Shown here piece after piece: positions 62,895 through 64,000 of a stretch of DNA of 64,000 nucleotides (the first letter of the stretch is position 1; every line of letters starts with the position of its first letter). Origin of the DNA: Narcine bancroftii. Lineage: Eukaryota. The notes beneath the pieces were generated by a model that was not told the DNA's origin, ran no database searches, and saw only the letters and a list, made by a program, of their open reading frames with translations. The stretch lies in the NCBI RefSeq assembly GCF_036971445.1, contig NC_091469.1, forward strand, positions 349,990,001 to 350,054,000, read 5' to 3'. Both the position numbers and the translations under genes were made by a program.

Positions 62895-64000
62895 TAAAGA
62901 GCATAATGTTGAGTCCATTTGGGTAGAGATAAAGAATAACAAAGGGAAAAAAATTATTGGTGGGTGTTATCTATCGCCCACCATATAACAATAGTTTAAT
63001 GGCACAGGAAATAAATAGAGAGATAAGTGAGGCATGTGATAATGATACGGCAGTCGTCATGGGGGACTTTAACTTCCACATAGATTGGGAAAATCAAGTT
63101 GGTCGTCGGAGTCTGGAAGAGGACTTCATAGAATGCATCCGCGATAGCTTTCTTGAGCAGCATGTTAAGGAACCCACAAGAGAAAATGCTCTCCTGAATC
63201 TAGTGTTGTGCAATGAGATAGGTAGAGTAAATAATGTAATAGTCAGAGACCATCTGGGAAATAGCGATCATAGTATGATTGAATTTCTCATTCAGATGGA
63301 AGGGGAAATAGTTAGATCTAAAACTAATATATTATGCTTAAACAGGGGTGACTACCATAGGATGAGGGAAGAATTTGGCAGAGTGGACTGGGAACACAGG
63401 CTAATTGATGAAACAGTTGAGGAACTGTGGAAGATTTTCAAAGAAATATTTTGTAATGCTCAACAAAAATATATTCTGGTCAGGAAAAAGGGCAGCAAGG
63501 GAGGGAAAAATCAACCGTGGTCAACAAAGGAAATAAAGGAGAGTATAAAATTGAAGGTGCAGGTGTACAAAGCTGCGAAGAGCAGTGGGAAACGGAAGAT
63601 TGGGAAAACTTTAAGAGACAACAAGGGGTTACAAAGCGGGTAATAAGAAATGGGAAAAAGGATTATGAAAGTAAATTGGCACAAAATATAAAAACAGAAA
63701 GCAAAAAATGTTATAAATATATAAAACGGAAGAGGGTGGCCAGAGTTAACATAGGACCCTTGGAGGATGAGAAAGGAAAACTGGTAGCAAAAAATGAGGA
63801 AATGGCCGAGGCATTAAACAAATATTTTGTGTCAGTCTTCACGGTGGAAGACATGTCCAGCATGCCCAAGTGCGGAGTTAAGGATGCAAATGTTGGGGAG
63901 GGCCTTGCCTTGATAAAATAGTTGTTACAAAGGAAGTAGTGATGGAGAAACTACTAGGACTAAAGCCAGACAAATCACCTGGTCCTGATGACATGCATCC
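62895..64000 (+). mobile_element. CR1 ORF2 endonuclease region, runs off the window end
   Basis: VESIWVE; VIYRPP; MGDFN; LGNSDH; KPDKSPGPD at the window end. Confidence 0.93.

Noticed and set aside
61015-64000. Twin-priming inversion of a single CR1
   Set aside because: The two halves overlap in endonuclease coordinates and differ in sequence, so they are independent insertions

Overview
Eukaryotic, AT-rich, repeat-dense DNA with no confidently identifiable host protein-coding exon; it reads as a long intron or intergenic region. The repeat complement (CR1 LINEs with esterase ORF1, Rex1/Babar, L1, RTE, Penelope, HE1-type V-SINEs, DeuSINEs) points to a cartilaginous fish, probably a ray or skate (inference). 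The ORF track is almost entirely degraded transposon coding sequence or noise. Main items: a two-LTR Ty3/Gypsy element (45780-49182, TSD GATAC) that lacks RT, has asymmetrically diverged LTRs and a 46-bp segment copied into its RNase H; a near-full-length CR1 (52218-56229) with a young RTE inserted; three solo LTRs with TSDs; two copies of a composite hAT MITE carrying the same internal spacer; a Chapaev3-like deletion derivative; Penelope fragments with decayed hammerhead-like cores, one pair forming a long inverted repeat; a 5 x 51-bp minisatellite; and several nested insertions. I see no prokaryotic-type system or CRISPR array and no evidence of a new host pathway; the novelty here is in mobile-element architecture. 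Family assignments come from motif recognition, not database searches.
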